Positions 21,160 to 28,646 of a stretch of DNA of 64,000 nt are shown piece after piece; positions within the stretch are counted from its first letter, which is position 1, and every line of letters starts with the position of its first letter. The notes beneath the pieces are model-generated. The model was given only the letters and a program-made list of their open reading frames with translations. It searched no databases and had not been told where the DNA came from. The DNA lies in the NCBI GenBank assembly GCA_027622275.1, contig JAQBZB010000010.1, forward strand, positions 2,598-66,597. The letters run 5' to 3'. This stretch comes from Planctomycetota bacterium. GTDB taxonomy: Bacteria > Planctomycetota > Planctomycetia > Pirellulales > Pirellulaceae. A program made the translations under genes and the position numbers.

Positions 21160-21329
21160 GAGCGAAGTTCTTTCGTGATGCAGGCTGCCGAACAGATTCA
21201 AGCCGGATTCTACGAATGATTGCGGCTGCTCGAAAGGCGGCGATCGCAGCGTTGCGGTTTCTCGAAATGCCGCCAGTCGATAGAATCGCTGCGACCGTTG
21301 CACGGACTAGGATTCAGGCCGTTTGTCAT

Positions 21330-21454
21330 TTGGAGTGCGGTGACTCGTCACCGCTTTGGAATTCTCCGACGCGACGCGACTTTCAATGAAGCGAGATAGG
21401 CGAAATCGCCTCGCCCCAAAAATGAGAAAGCGGCGACGAGTCGCCGCACTCCAA
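21330..21454. repeat. Long-range inverted repeat in the divergent mutase intergenic region
   Basis: TTGGAGTGCGGTGACTCGTCACCGC (21330-21354) versus GCGGCGACGAGTCGCCGCACTCCAA (21430-21454), with 23/25 complementary. Each arm is itself a palindrome. It ends 11 nt before ATG 21466. Confidence 0.85.
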
Positions 21455-21465
21455 ACGGAGACCCA

Positions 21466-22809
21466 ATGAAAGAACTGATCATCAGTGTCTCGGGACTGCG
21501 AGGAATCATCGGCGAGAGTCTTTCGCCCGAATTGGCGATGCGGTTTGCGTGTGCGTTTGCGAGCGGTCTCGACGAAGGCCCGATCGTCGTGACGCGAGAC
21601 GGCCGACACACGGGGCGAATGCTGGCGGATGCGATTCGTTCGGGCTTGTGTGCCGTGGGCCGCGATGTGATCGACGCCGACGTCGCGGCAACCCCGACCA
21701 CCGGCATTCTCGTTCGTCAGACGAAGGCCGCAGGTGGCATTCAGATCTCCGCCAGCCATAATCCAGCGGCCTACAACGGCATCAAGTTGTTCGGCCCGAC
21801 GGGACGCGTGCTGACGGCCGAACTGGGCGAGCGAGTTGTCGCGGCGTATCGCGGCGGAGAGGTCGAGTGGGTCGAGCATGATCGAATTGGCGCGGTGCGG
21901 ACTTGCGACGGCACAACATCGAAACACCTGGCGTTAGTTCTCGCGAATGTCGATGTCGAGCGGATTCGCGGACGGCGCTTCAAAGTGCTGCTCGATTCAA
22001 ATCACGGAGCTGGAAGCATCTTGGGACGCAATCTGCTGGATACGCTTGGTTGTCAGATCACCTTGCTCGGTGGCGAACCGGACGGGCAGTTCGAGCATAC
22101 TCCCGAACCGACCGCCGAGAACCTGGCCGGCGTGCGAGCAAGCATCGTGGAAGCGGGCGCTGCAGTCGGTTTCTGTCAAGATCCGGACGCGGATCGCTTG
22201 GCGGTGATCGATGAAACCGGCCGCTACATCGGCGAGGAGTATACGCTGGTCCTGTGCCTGGATCACGTACTCGGTCAAACCGCTGGCCCGGTGGTTACGA
22301 ATTGCGCCACGAGCCGCATGTCGGAAGACATCGCCAACAAGCACGGCGTCGAGTTTTATCGCAGCGCGGTCGGCGAAGCGAATGTCTGCACGATGATGCA
22401 AGAACAGAAAGCCGTCTTTGGCGGCGAAGGGAACGGCGGCCCGATCGATCCGCGGGTGGGTTACGTCCGCGACAGCTTCGTCGGCATGGCCTTGATCCTC
22501 GACGCAATGGCCGCGACCGGAAACAAAGTCAGCGAACTCGCCGACGCCTTGCCTCACTACGACATTCACAAAACAAAGATCACGCTCGATCGCGATCGGA
22601 TTTCCGCAGCTCTCGACGCCCTGGAAATACATTTCGCCGACGCCACTGCTAGCCGGCTCGACGGCCTTCGACTCGACTGGCCCGATCGTTGGCTGCTGAT
22701 TCGCGCCAGCAACACAGAACCGATCGTCCGCATCATCGCCGAAGCACCCGATGAGGCCAGTTCGCGAAAACTGTGCGCCGATGTTGCCAACGAGATCGAC
22801 GCTGCTTAG
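21466..22809 (+). CDS. Phosphoglucosamine mutase / phosphomannomutase-family enzyme
   Basis: ISASHNPAAYNGIKLF, CQDPDADRL, GGEGNGG; 447 aa. Confidence 0.85.
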   Translation: MKELIISVSGLRGIIGESLSPELAMRFACAFASGLDEGPIVVTRDGRHTGRMLADAIRSGLCAVGRDVIDADVAATPTTGILVRQTKAAGGIQISASHNPAAYNGIKLFGPTGRVLTAELGERVVAAYRGGEVEWVEHDRIGAVRTCDGTTSKHLALVLANVDVERIRGRRFKVLLDSNHGAGSILGRNLLDTLGCQITLLGGEPDGQFEHTPEPTAENLAGVRASIVEAGAAVGFCQDPDADRLAVIDETGRYIGEEYTLVLCLDHVLGQTAGPVVTNCATSRMSEDIANKHGVEFYRSAVGEANVCTMMQEQKAVFGGEGNGGPIDPRVGYVRDSFVGMALILDAMAATGNKVSELADALPHYDIHKTKITLDRDRISAALDALEIHFADATASRLDGLRLDWPDRWLLIRASNTEPIVRIIAEAPDEASSRKLCADVANEIDAA

Positions 22810-22948
22810 CCGAAAACAACCTGAGAAGCGGGAGGAGGGTCAATTACCCATCCGATTGCCCGATCGGCCGAGTGACCAACTGGTAGTGTCTTAAAGTTGA
22901 GGGGAGACTTTTAGAGAGCCTCACTTGCGGAGCAATGGCCAACAATCG

Positions 22949-23761
22949 TTAAGGCCTTTTCTTCTTTTTGTCGATCGCCTTCATTTGCTTGTTGGTGCCC
23001 TTCAGTTTCTTTTTGACCTGCCCAAGATTCTCTGCCGCCGGTAAGTCTTCTGGGCTTACTCCGCCAAGTTCCTGCATCGTCTTTCGGACCTTTTTTCCAA
23101 CTTCATGCGCGGCACTCTCCAAGTTTCGCTGTCCTCGAATGGCCTCGCGATCGATCTTTTCGGCAGTCTGTGTTATGCGAAACAAGTGTGCAGCGAGTTC
23201 TGCCTTTCCCATGCGATCAATCAGCTTATCGCTCTTACTAAGGCCCTTGTAAGTCATGAGCCGCTGTAGGGTCATGTTGTACATTCCCATGTAGCCCTTG
23301 TTCTGAAAGAAAGCATAGTTTGTGACCCCATGCGATTTTGCAGTGCTGGCCAATGTCTTCTGGCCGTCCGTGACTTCGTCTCGAATCAAGAGCCTATCGA
23401 TCGCGTCGGCATGTTCCAGCGAGTTCTCAAACGTCTGGGCGAGCGTGGCGAAGTAGGCTTGCGCTGACGCCACTTCAGGTTTCTTTGTGTCGCCATTCAT
23501 CGCGACGAGATAGCAACCGAAGCGGGTAATAAAATGCTTCCCGTCGGTTTGCCTTAGAAAGTGATCCTCGCAGGGGATGTTTAACGAAAGGCACGCTTGC
23601 TTTGCTCGATTGATTGCCTTCTTGAACGACTGCTCCGTCTCGTATCCGAGCGATTGCATCACAACATCTTCGTGCCAATGCGTAGCCCCATTTTCGGTGG
23701 CGAGATCCTCGAAGCTCTTTTTGTCGTCGTCAAAATGGAAAAGTGTATCCGTCATTTCCAT
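22949..23761 (-). CDS. dinD: DNA-damage-inducible protein D homologue
   Basis: Collinear similarity to E. coli DinD as recalled: ...RFGCYLVAMNGD..KP.VA.AQ.YFA...; YAFFQNKGYMGMY; DRMG.AELAAHLFRITQTAEK; VGKKVRKTMQELGG..PEDLP. Confidence 0.85.
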   Translation of the reverse strand: MEMTDTLFHFDDDKKSFEDLATENGATHWHEDVVMQSLGYETEQSFKKAINRAKQACLSLNIPCEDHFLRQTDGKHFITRFGCYLVAMNGDTKKPEVASAQAYFATLAQTFENSLEHADAIDRLLIRDEVTDGQKTLASTAKSHGVTNYAFFQNKGYMGMYNMTLQRLMTYKGLSKSDKLIDRMGKAELAAHLFRITQTAEKIDREAIRGQRNLESAAHEVGKKVRKTMQELGGVSPEDLPAAENLGQVKKKLKGTNKQMKAIDKKKKRP

Positions 23762-23799
23762 GCTCTCCCGTGATGCGAATAACGGGAGATTGTAGCAGA

Positions 23800-24834
23800 T
23801 TATCCGGGTTGATTCAGGACGGATTCAAACAGCTCGTCAAAGCTCCAGACGTGGCCCGCCAATTTCGCCATCATAGCCGCGCTGGGCCGCTTCTCACCAG
23901 ACTTTCCCGGCTTCCGGGTCTGCCAGCAGAAGTTGTAGTAGGCGGCGAACATACCGAAGGCGGCTTCCAGGTTCTCCAGTTTCTTCGAGAAGCACAGCGT
24001 TAGCCGATTCAGCCGCTTCATAAAGACTCGCTGAGTTCCGTTCAATCGTTCGACGTGGCTAGTTCCTATCGTGTAAAGCTCCCGGCCCTCTATGCCTCGG
24101 ATGCCTTCCCGCTTGGTGCCCACCATTTCGTTTGGATCGTACTTCATGGTGGCGTTCTTGTATTCCTTGATGATCGTCCCGTACTTGGCGTAGGGGCCAA
24201 ACGCGAGGTCAACGGCTTCTGGGTACCCAGCCCAACCATCGGTGCTGATTTGAACGATGGCCCGGTAGCCGCCTTTGGCAAATGCGTGGGCATCGCTGGA
24301 ATGCGGAGCCGGTCGGGCCAGCCGCTTTGACACGTCCATTAGAAACCGGCGTGCGTTGTCGGCAGACCGCTTGCCGATCAGGAACGATGGCATCAGCTTG
24401 GTTTGCTGGTCGATGCACGTCCACAAATAAACGTCGCCGATGTCATGACAAGTCGCCTTCTCTTCGATGGTCAACCGAGCTTGCTTCTTAGCCACAAACG
24501 TCCATTGCTCATCGAACTGCAAGTGGGTGAGCTTAAGTCCGTGCATCCGATCGTCAAGGAACTTCCGGCAGGCCGTTCCGAACAGGACGATCAACTTGCA
24601 AAGCGTGTTGCGGTTGATGCCAGTTGTCCGTTCGGTCGCGCGGATCGACATTCCTTCTGTCAACATCCGCAGGGCCAGTTTTGCCTTGGACAGATCAACC
24701 GTCATTTCTCCAAGCGGCTTGGGATCGAAGTCGGTGAAGCAAACTCCGCAGTCCTTGCACGTCCACCGTTGCTGGCCCTTACGATCCTTGCCCTTGCTGG
24801 TCTTTCTCTTGTGCTGGCATGTTGGAGCGATCAT
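23800..24834 (-). CDS. IS1-family DDE transposase (single ORF, N-terminal zinc-finger/HTH)
   Basis: WTCKDCGVCF zinc ribbon. FDEQWTFVAKK, ISTDGWAGYPEA and ERLNGTQRVFMKRLNRLTLCFSKKLENL parallel IS1 InsB motifs (DEqW.fV, TDGW..Y, ER.N...R....RL.RK.L.FSK). Confidence 0.8.
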   Translation of the reverse strand: MIAPTCQHKRKTSKGKDRKGQQRWTCKDCGVCFTDFDPKPLGEMTVDLSKAKLALRMLTEGMSIRATERTTGINRNTLCKLIVLFGTACRKFLDDRMHGLKLTHLQFDEQWTFVAKKQARLTIEEKATCHDIGDVYLWTCIDQQTKLMPSFLIGKRSADNARRFLMDVSKRLARPAPHSSDAHAFAKGGYRAIVQISTDGWAGYPEAVDLAFGPYAKYGTIIKEYKNATMKYDPNEMVGTKREGIRGIEGRELYTIGTSHVERLNGTQRVFMKRLNRLTLCFSKKLENLEAAFGMFAAYYNFCWQTRKPGKSGEKRPSAAMMAKLAGHVWSFDELFESVLNQPG

Positions 24835-24968
24835 TTAAGCGAACCTTCCCAAGTTGGGGCGTTTCGCTTAGAATGCAATTGCTAGGTCGCATCTTGGCGA
24901 AAGCCGAGTGTGATTGATTCCCTGGGGCCGTTGACGCGGCCTCAGGGAACGCTTTTGACGAGGATAAA

Positions 24969-25052
24969 CGGAAGGTAGGGGAATCGAACCCATCCCTGGC
25001 AGGACTCTGGCGTTTATAAGACGCCCCGCTGCACCAGCAGCAACTACCTCCC
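24969..25052 (-). tRNA. Non-canonical tRNA-like gene, 9/3 acceptor/T-stem architecture (allo-tRNA-like), anticodon UAU, long variable arm
   Basis: Fold done by hand on the minus strand. Acceptor stem is 9 bp (1-9/75-83, one G-U), followed by a 1-nt linker. D stem is 6 bp (TGCTGC/GCAGCG) with the 4-nt loop TGGT. Anticodon stem is GGCGT/ACGCC with loop CTTATAA. The variable arm is 17 nt with a 4-bp stem. T stem is GGG/CCC with loop TTCGATT. The discriminator is G and there is no encoded CCA. The 7/5 canonical fold leaves a T-C mismatch and extra linker bases. Confidence 0.7.
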
Positions 25053-25354
25053 GGTTCTAAAGAGGTCGCCTTGCCCCAGTCGGGCCGCTCGGTTGCAAGT
25101 ATGCGAGCCCGCTGGGACTGACCTTCTGCGCTCTGCCTAACGGCGACCACTTCGACAGAGCTTGAACTTCTTCTCATTTCCTCAGCCTCCAGTACGATTA
25201 CTTACTTCCGACGTCAGGCATTATCGCCGCCTAGGCAAAGCCGGTATCTACGCATTTTTTTACCACTTGTCCTTGTAGTGTAATGCTGGTGCAGTATTAA
25301 AGTAGAAGTAGAGTAGCAGTAAAACAGAAATAGATTAACTAAGGAGATTGCAAG

Positions 25355-26188
25355 ATGGCCAAAAGTGGTGCGCAAGCGAAAGGCCCCAAGCCAACGAGGC
25401 AACGAAGTCCCAATTATCCAGCCATAGGATTAAGGACAGCGGTTGAAAAGGTGAAGTTGCTCTACGACAAGTATGGCCGGGAGAAGGTGCCATTGAAGCT
25501 GGCGTGCGAAGCAATGGGACACAAAACACTGAATAGCTTGTCTCAACAGTATGTGGCGGCATTAAAGGCGTACTCACTGATTCTGACTTATGGCACTGGA
25601 GATGAGAGGAGGGCGGCTGTCAGTGAAGCTGCCGAGCGGATTGTCAGGAATGCACCAAATCGTGCCGAACTCCTGAAAACTGCTGCTGTGGCACCGACAA
25701 TTCATGCCGAAGTCTGGGACCACTACGAAGGTCGTGGATTGCCACACGATGACCTCCTAAAGCAGTATCTTGTGTGGGATCGTCCCGATGGCTCTCGATT
25801 CACTGAAGATGCTGTAGACGGATTTATTGAGCGGTTTAGGGACACTTTGGACTTCTCAGAAGTGGCTCCAGGTGATAAACTTTCAGATAATGAGCAAGTT
25901 GATTCAGGCGATGAGAATGGTAATGGCTGCGATAGTGGTGGTGAAGATGAAGAAACAAACCAACACATTGGTGCTCCAAAGAACAAACGTCAGGAGCGAC
26001 GGCAAGTGATAGAAGGCGTAAAAGAAGCGACGTATCCAATGGCAACCGGGGAGATTTTCCTTCAGTGGCCATGTCGGATTTCGGCTGAAGAGGCCGAAGA
26101 TATTGTTGACTGGCTCGCGATCATGACTCGCAAGATCAAACGCTCGGTTGTGTCTGACGAGCCGGAAGAGCCGGAAGGCGACAGTTAG
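25355..26188 (+). CDS. Hypothetical protein (acidic C-terminal half), transposon passenger
   Basis: AAGGAG lies 7 nt upstream of the ATG and an AT-rich leader precedes it. 277-aa ORF with no antisense competitor of comparable quality. No family recognised. Confidence 0.6.
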   Translation: MAKSGAQAKGPKPTRQRSPNYPAIGLRTAVEKVKLLYDKYGREKVPLKLACEAMGHKTLNSLSQQYVAALKAYSLILTYGTGDERRAAVSEAAERIVRNAPNRAELLKTAAVAPTIHAEVWDHYEGRGLPHDDLLKQYLVWDRPDGSRFTEDAVDGFIERFRDTLDFSEVAPGDKLSDNEQVDSGDENGNGCDSGGEDEETNQHIGAPKNKRQERRQVIEGVKEATYPMATGEIFLQWPCRISAEEAEDIVDWLAIMTRKIKRSVVSDEPEEPEGDS

Positions 26189-26344
26189 TCTGCTGTCCAC
26201 TTGCCGTCCGCACCCTTAAACCGCTTCCGGTTTTTCCGCATTCCCCACACCAACGAATCGAGCGCCCCGCTTCGACCCTTGCTACAATGCCCCCATGCCC
26301 AGCGAGCGATGGCTGAGCATGTCGCTTCAAACAAGAGGTCTCAA

Positions 26345-26581
26345 ATGATCGAGGTGCGTAGATTTGACGTTTGTGCGTCTGACGGCACGCGATATGAGCT
26401 GGTCGAATTTGAAGAACGCATAATCACGAGTATCGGCGATTTTCCTCCACAATTCGGCACGCGGTCGCATTTTGCACTTAGTGATGGGACGCCCGCCAGT
26501 CGCAATACAATGTACGACGGCGATGCTGCAACCTATTCGATTCAACTTGAGCACGGAGAGATCATTTTGCGTCCGTGTTGA
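26345..26581 (+). CDS. Small hypothetical protein, transposon passenger
   Basis: AAGAGG lies 8 nt upstream of ATG 26345. The ORF-track start 26201 and ATG 26309 are also possible. No family recognised. Confidence 0.4.
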   Translation: MIEVRRFDVCASDGTRYELVEFEERIITSIGDFPPQFGTRSHFALSDGTPASRNTMYDGDAATYSIQLEHGEIILRPC

Positions 26582-26710
26582 CTCCGAGCGTCTCGCCAAA
26601 TAGCCCCTCAACTGTCTCCCCTCAACTTTAAGACACTACCGACCAACTTGCTCGCTCGGTTGCTGCTGGTTTTCCGTGTACAATTGGTGGTGAGTTGCCA
26701 GGAGATCGGC

Positions 26711-26914
26711 ATGCCCAAGAAGATCCGTGAATTGAAGAGTATGCTTCAGCGAGCGGGCTTCGTAATGCGTGCGGGAAAGGGCAGCCACACGGTCTGGTCA
26801 CATGCCAAGTTGGAAGAGTCGATTACCGTCTCTGGCCGCGATGGCGATGACGCCAAGCCCTATCAGGAAAAGGATGTCCGCCAGATCATCAGGAAAGCGG
26901 AGGAATCCCCATGA
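26711..26914 (+). CDS. hicA: HicA-family mRNA-interferase toxin
   Basis: MPKKIRELKSMLQRAGFVMRAGKGSHTVWSH is the YcfA/HicA signature (KGSH). GGAGA SD. Overlaps hicB by ATGA. Confidence 0.85.
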   Translation: MPKKIRELKSMLQRAGFVMRAGKGSHTVWSHAKLEESITVSGRDGDDAKPYQEKDVRQIIRKAEESP

Positions 26915-27132
26915 CGTCCCGATATCGCATGCTCATCGAGTGGTCTGAGGAAGACCAAGTCTTTGTCGTCACGCTGCCGGAGTTTCCGTGCAATCGAACG
27001 CACGGAGCAACGTACGAAGAAGCGGCCAAGAACGGCAAAGAAGTACTCGAACTGCTGATCGAAACGTGGGAGCAGGATGGCCGCCCGCTGCCTCCGCCCC
27101 AGTTCTTCGTGTCCGACTCCGTTTCGGCATGA
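26911..27132 (+). CDS. hicB: HicB-family antitoxin (UPF0150 fold only, no obvious DNA-binding tail)
   Basis: YRMLIEWSEEDQVFVVTLPEFPCNRTHGATYEEAAKNGKEVLELLIE is typical of the HicB N-domain. Confidence 0.8.
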   Translation: MTSRYRMLIEWSEEDQVFVVTLPEFPCNRTHGATYEEAAKNGKEVLELLIETWEQDGRPLPPPQFFVSDSVSA

Positions 27133-27149
27133 GCGTGCGAGCCGCGAAA

Positions 27150-28553
27150 CTAAGCGAGAATGTTCGTGATTGGATCGCCGAGCGCCACGGAATGTGGGCG
27201 GTTGAGTTGGTCGTAGATGCGAGTTTCCGGGGCGATGCCGAGGATGTGGTAGATCGTGGCGGCGATGTCTTCGGGAGTGCAGGGGTCGAGGGCCGGGTAG
27301 GCGGCGTATTGGTCGGAGGCTCCGTGCAACGTGCCTGGTTTGATTCCTGCACCGGCCATTAGCACGCTGTAACAGTAGGGCCAATGGTCGCGGCCGGCGG
27401 GGGTCGCGCCGGCTCCGCTGGTGATCTGGCCCATCCGCGGCGTGCGGCCGAACTCACCCATCGCGACGACCAACGTTTCGTCCAGCATCCCACGCTCGCC
27501 CAGGTCTTCCAGCAAGGCCGAGAAGGCGCGGTCGGTGTAAGGGAGCAGTGACCGCTTGAGCAACGGAAAATGTTCGCGATGCGTGTCCCATGATTGGTCG
27601 ATGCGCCGTCCGGTGCAGACGGTGACCAGACGGACGCCGGCCTCGATCAATCGCCTGGCCGTCAACATGCACTGGCCGAGATGCGGTAGCCCGCCGAACT
27701 TGCGGGCTTCGACGCTGCGGTCCTCGCGATCGGGCAAGCCGTAACGCTCGCGGGTCTGCGGTGATTCCCCGGACAACTGAAAGGCATGGTCCGCCGCCGA
27801 TGAAGAGAGCAAGTCGAAAGCCTGCTCTTGAAACTTCTGCATCCTCGGCGCGGCAAGACCGCCGGCTGCGGAGCGATTGACCTCCGCCAGCAACTCGCGC
27901 CGCTGCTGCAAACGACCTTGGTTCATGCCGCGTTGGAAGCTCAAGCCCGGCAGCCGATAGTTCTTCGCGCTCGGATCACCCGCCACGAGCGGGTCGAACG
28001 CGCCGCCCAGGAAGCCGGCGTTCTGGCCCGGCAAGTTGCTGCCGTTGTTGAACATCAGATCGGGCAAGTGTACGAACGGCGGCAAGGCTTTGTCGATCGG
28101 CCGCAGCTGCGCGAGCACCGAGCCATACGGCGGGAAGTTGTCTGGCTCGGGAGCGACGATCAGCCCGCCCGCTTTGATTGGCTCGCGACCGGTCAGCATG
28201 TAGTAGGCACCGGCGTTGTGATCGTTAATCTTGTGATGCACCGAGCGAATCAAGGCGAAGCGGTGCATCTGTTTCGAGAGCAGCGGCAAGTGTTCGCAAA
28301 CGGGAACGCCCGTGAAGGTCGATGCGATCGGCTTGAACTCGCCCCGATATTCAACCGGCGCGTCCGGTTTCATATCCCAGAGATCTTGATGCGCCGGACC
28401 TCCTTCCATGAAAAACAGGATGCAGGATTTCGCGCGAGGCTGGATCGACGGAGTGTCAGCTTGAAGCAATCGCGGCAACGACAAGCCGACCAAGCCTAAC
28501 GATCCTGCTTGGACCAGTTCCCGACGCGAGAGTGGAATGCCTGAATGAGTCAT
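27150..28553 (-). CDS. DUF1501 protein, second paralogue, Tat signal
   Basis: SRRELVQAGSLGLVGLSL; FMEGGPAHQDLWDMKPDAP; GEFGRTPRMG...GRDHWP. Confidence 0.9.
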   Translation of the reverse strand: MTHSGIPLSRRELVQAGSLGLVGLSLPRLLQADTPSIQPRAKSCILFFMEGGPAHQDLWDMKPDAPVEYRGEFKPIASTFTGVPVCEHLPLLSKQMHRFALIRSVHHKINDHNAGAYYMLTGREPIKAGGLIVAPEPDNFPPYGSVLAQLRPIDKALPPFVHLPDLMFNNGSNLPGQNAGFLGGAFDPLVAGDPSAKNYRLPGLSFQRGMNQGRLQQRRELLAEVNRSAAGGLAAPRMQKFQEQAFDLLSSSAADHAFQLSGESPQTRERYGLPDREDRSVEARKFGGLPHLGQCMLTARRLIEAGVRLVTVCTGRRIDQSWDTHREHFPLLKRSLLPYTDRAFSALLEDLGERGMLDETLVVAMGEFGRTPRMGQITSGAGATPAGRDHWPYCYSVLMAGAGIKPGTLHGASDQYAAYPALDPCTPEDIAATIYHILGIAPETRIYDQLNRPHSVALGDPITNILA

Positions 28554-28564
28554 GAACGGTTTAT

Positions 28565-28623
28565 GTACGATGGCCTTCCAAGGCCGTCGATTGCTTCACG
28601 ACGGCCTTGGAAGGCCATCGTAC
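28565..28623. repeat. Family-A extragenic palindrome (copy 2, perfect)
   Basis: GTACGATGGCCTTCCAAGGCCGTCGATTGCTTCACGACGGCCTTGGAAGGCCATCGTAC is identical to 55140-55198. It lies 11 nt upstream of the DUF1501 ATG (28553). Confidence 0.95.
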
Positions 28624-28646
28624 TGGGCACCGCCGCACGTCTACAA

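Larger units (their letters stand above)
22882..26640. mobile_element. IS1-family transposon (3,759 bp) with passenger genes
   Basis: Perfect 27-bp terminal inverted repeats: GGTAGTGTCTTAAAGTTGAGGGGAGAC at 22882-22908 and its reverse complement at 26614-26640. They are flanked by the 8-bp direct repeat GACCAACT (22874-22881 and 26641-26648). The element contains an IS1-like DDE transposase. Its G+C is visibly lower than the flanks (by eye). Confidence 0.88.

Noticed and set aside
23765-24895. Short GATGCGA matches on either side of the transposase ORF as its inverted repeats
   Set aside because: Only about 7 nt match. The 27-bp perfect IRs with an 8-bp duplication at 22882/26640 explain the element much better.
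24969-25052. Interpreting the tRNA-like gene as selC (tRNA-Sec) serving the TGA-containing gene, or as a canonical tRNA-Ile(UAU)
   Set aside because: The anticodon loop is CTTATAA (UAU, not UCA), so it cannot read UGA. The long variable arm, 6-bp D stem and 9/3 branch are incompatible with a normal class-I tRNA-Ile.
24779-25177. 132-aa ORF overlapping the tRNA-like gene
   Set aside because: It covers the tRNA and the transposase 5' region, has no SD and an odd composition. It was treated as spurious.
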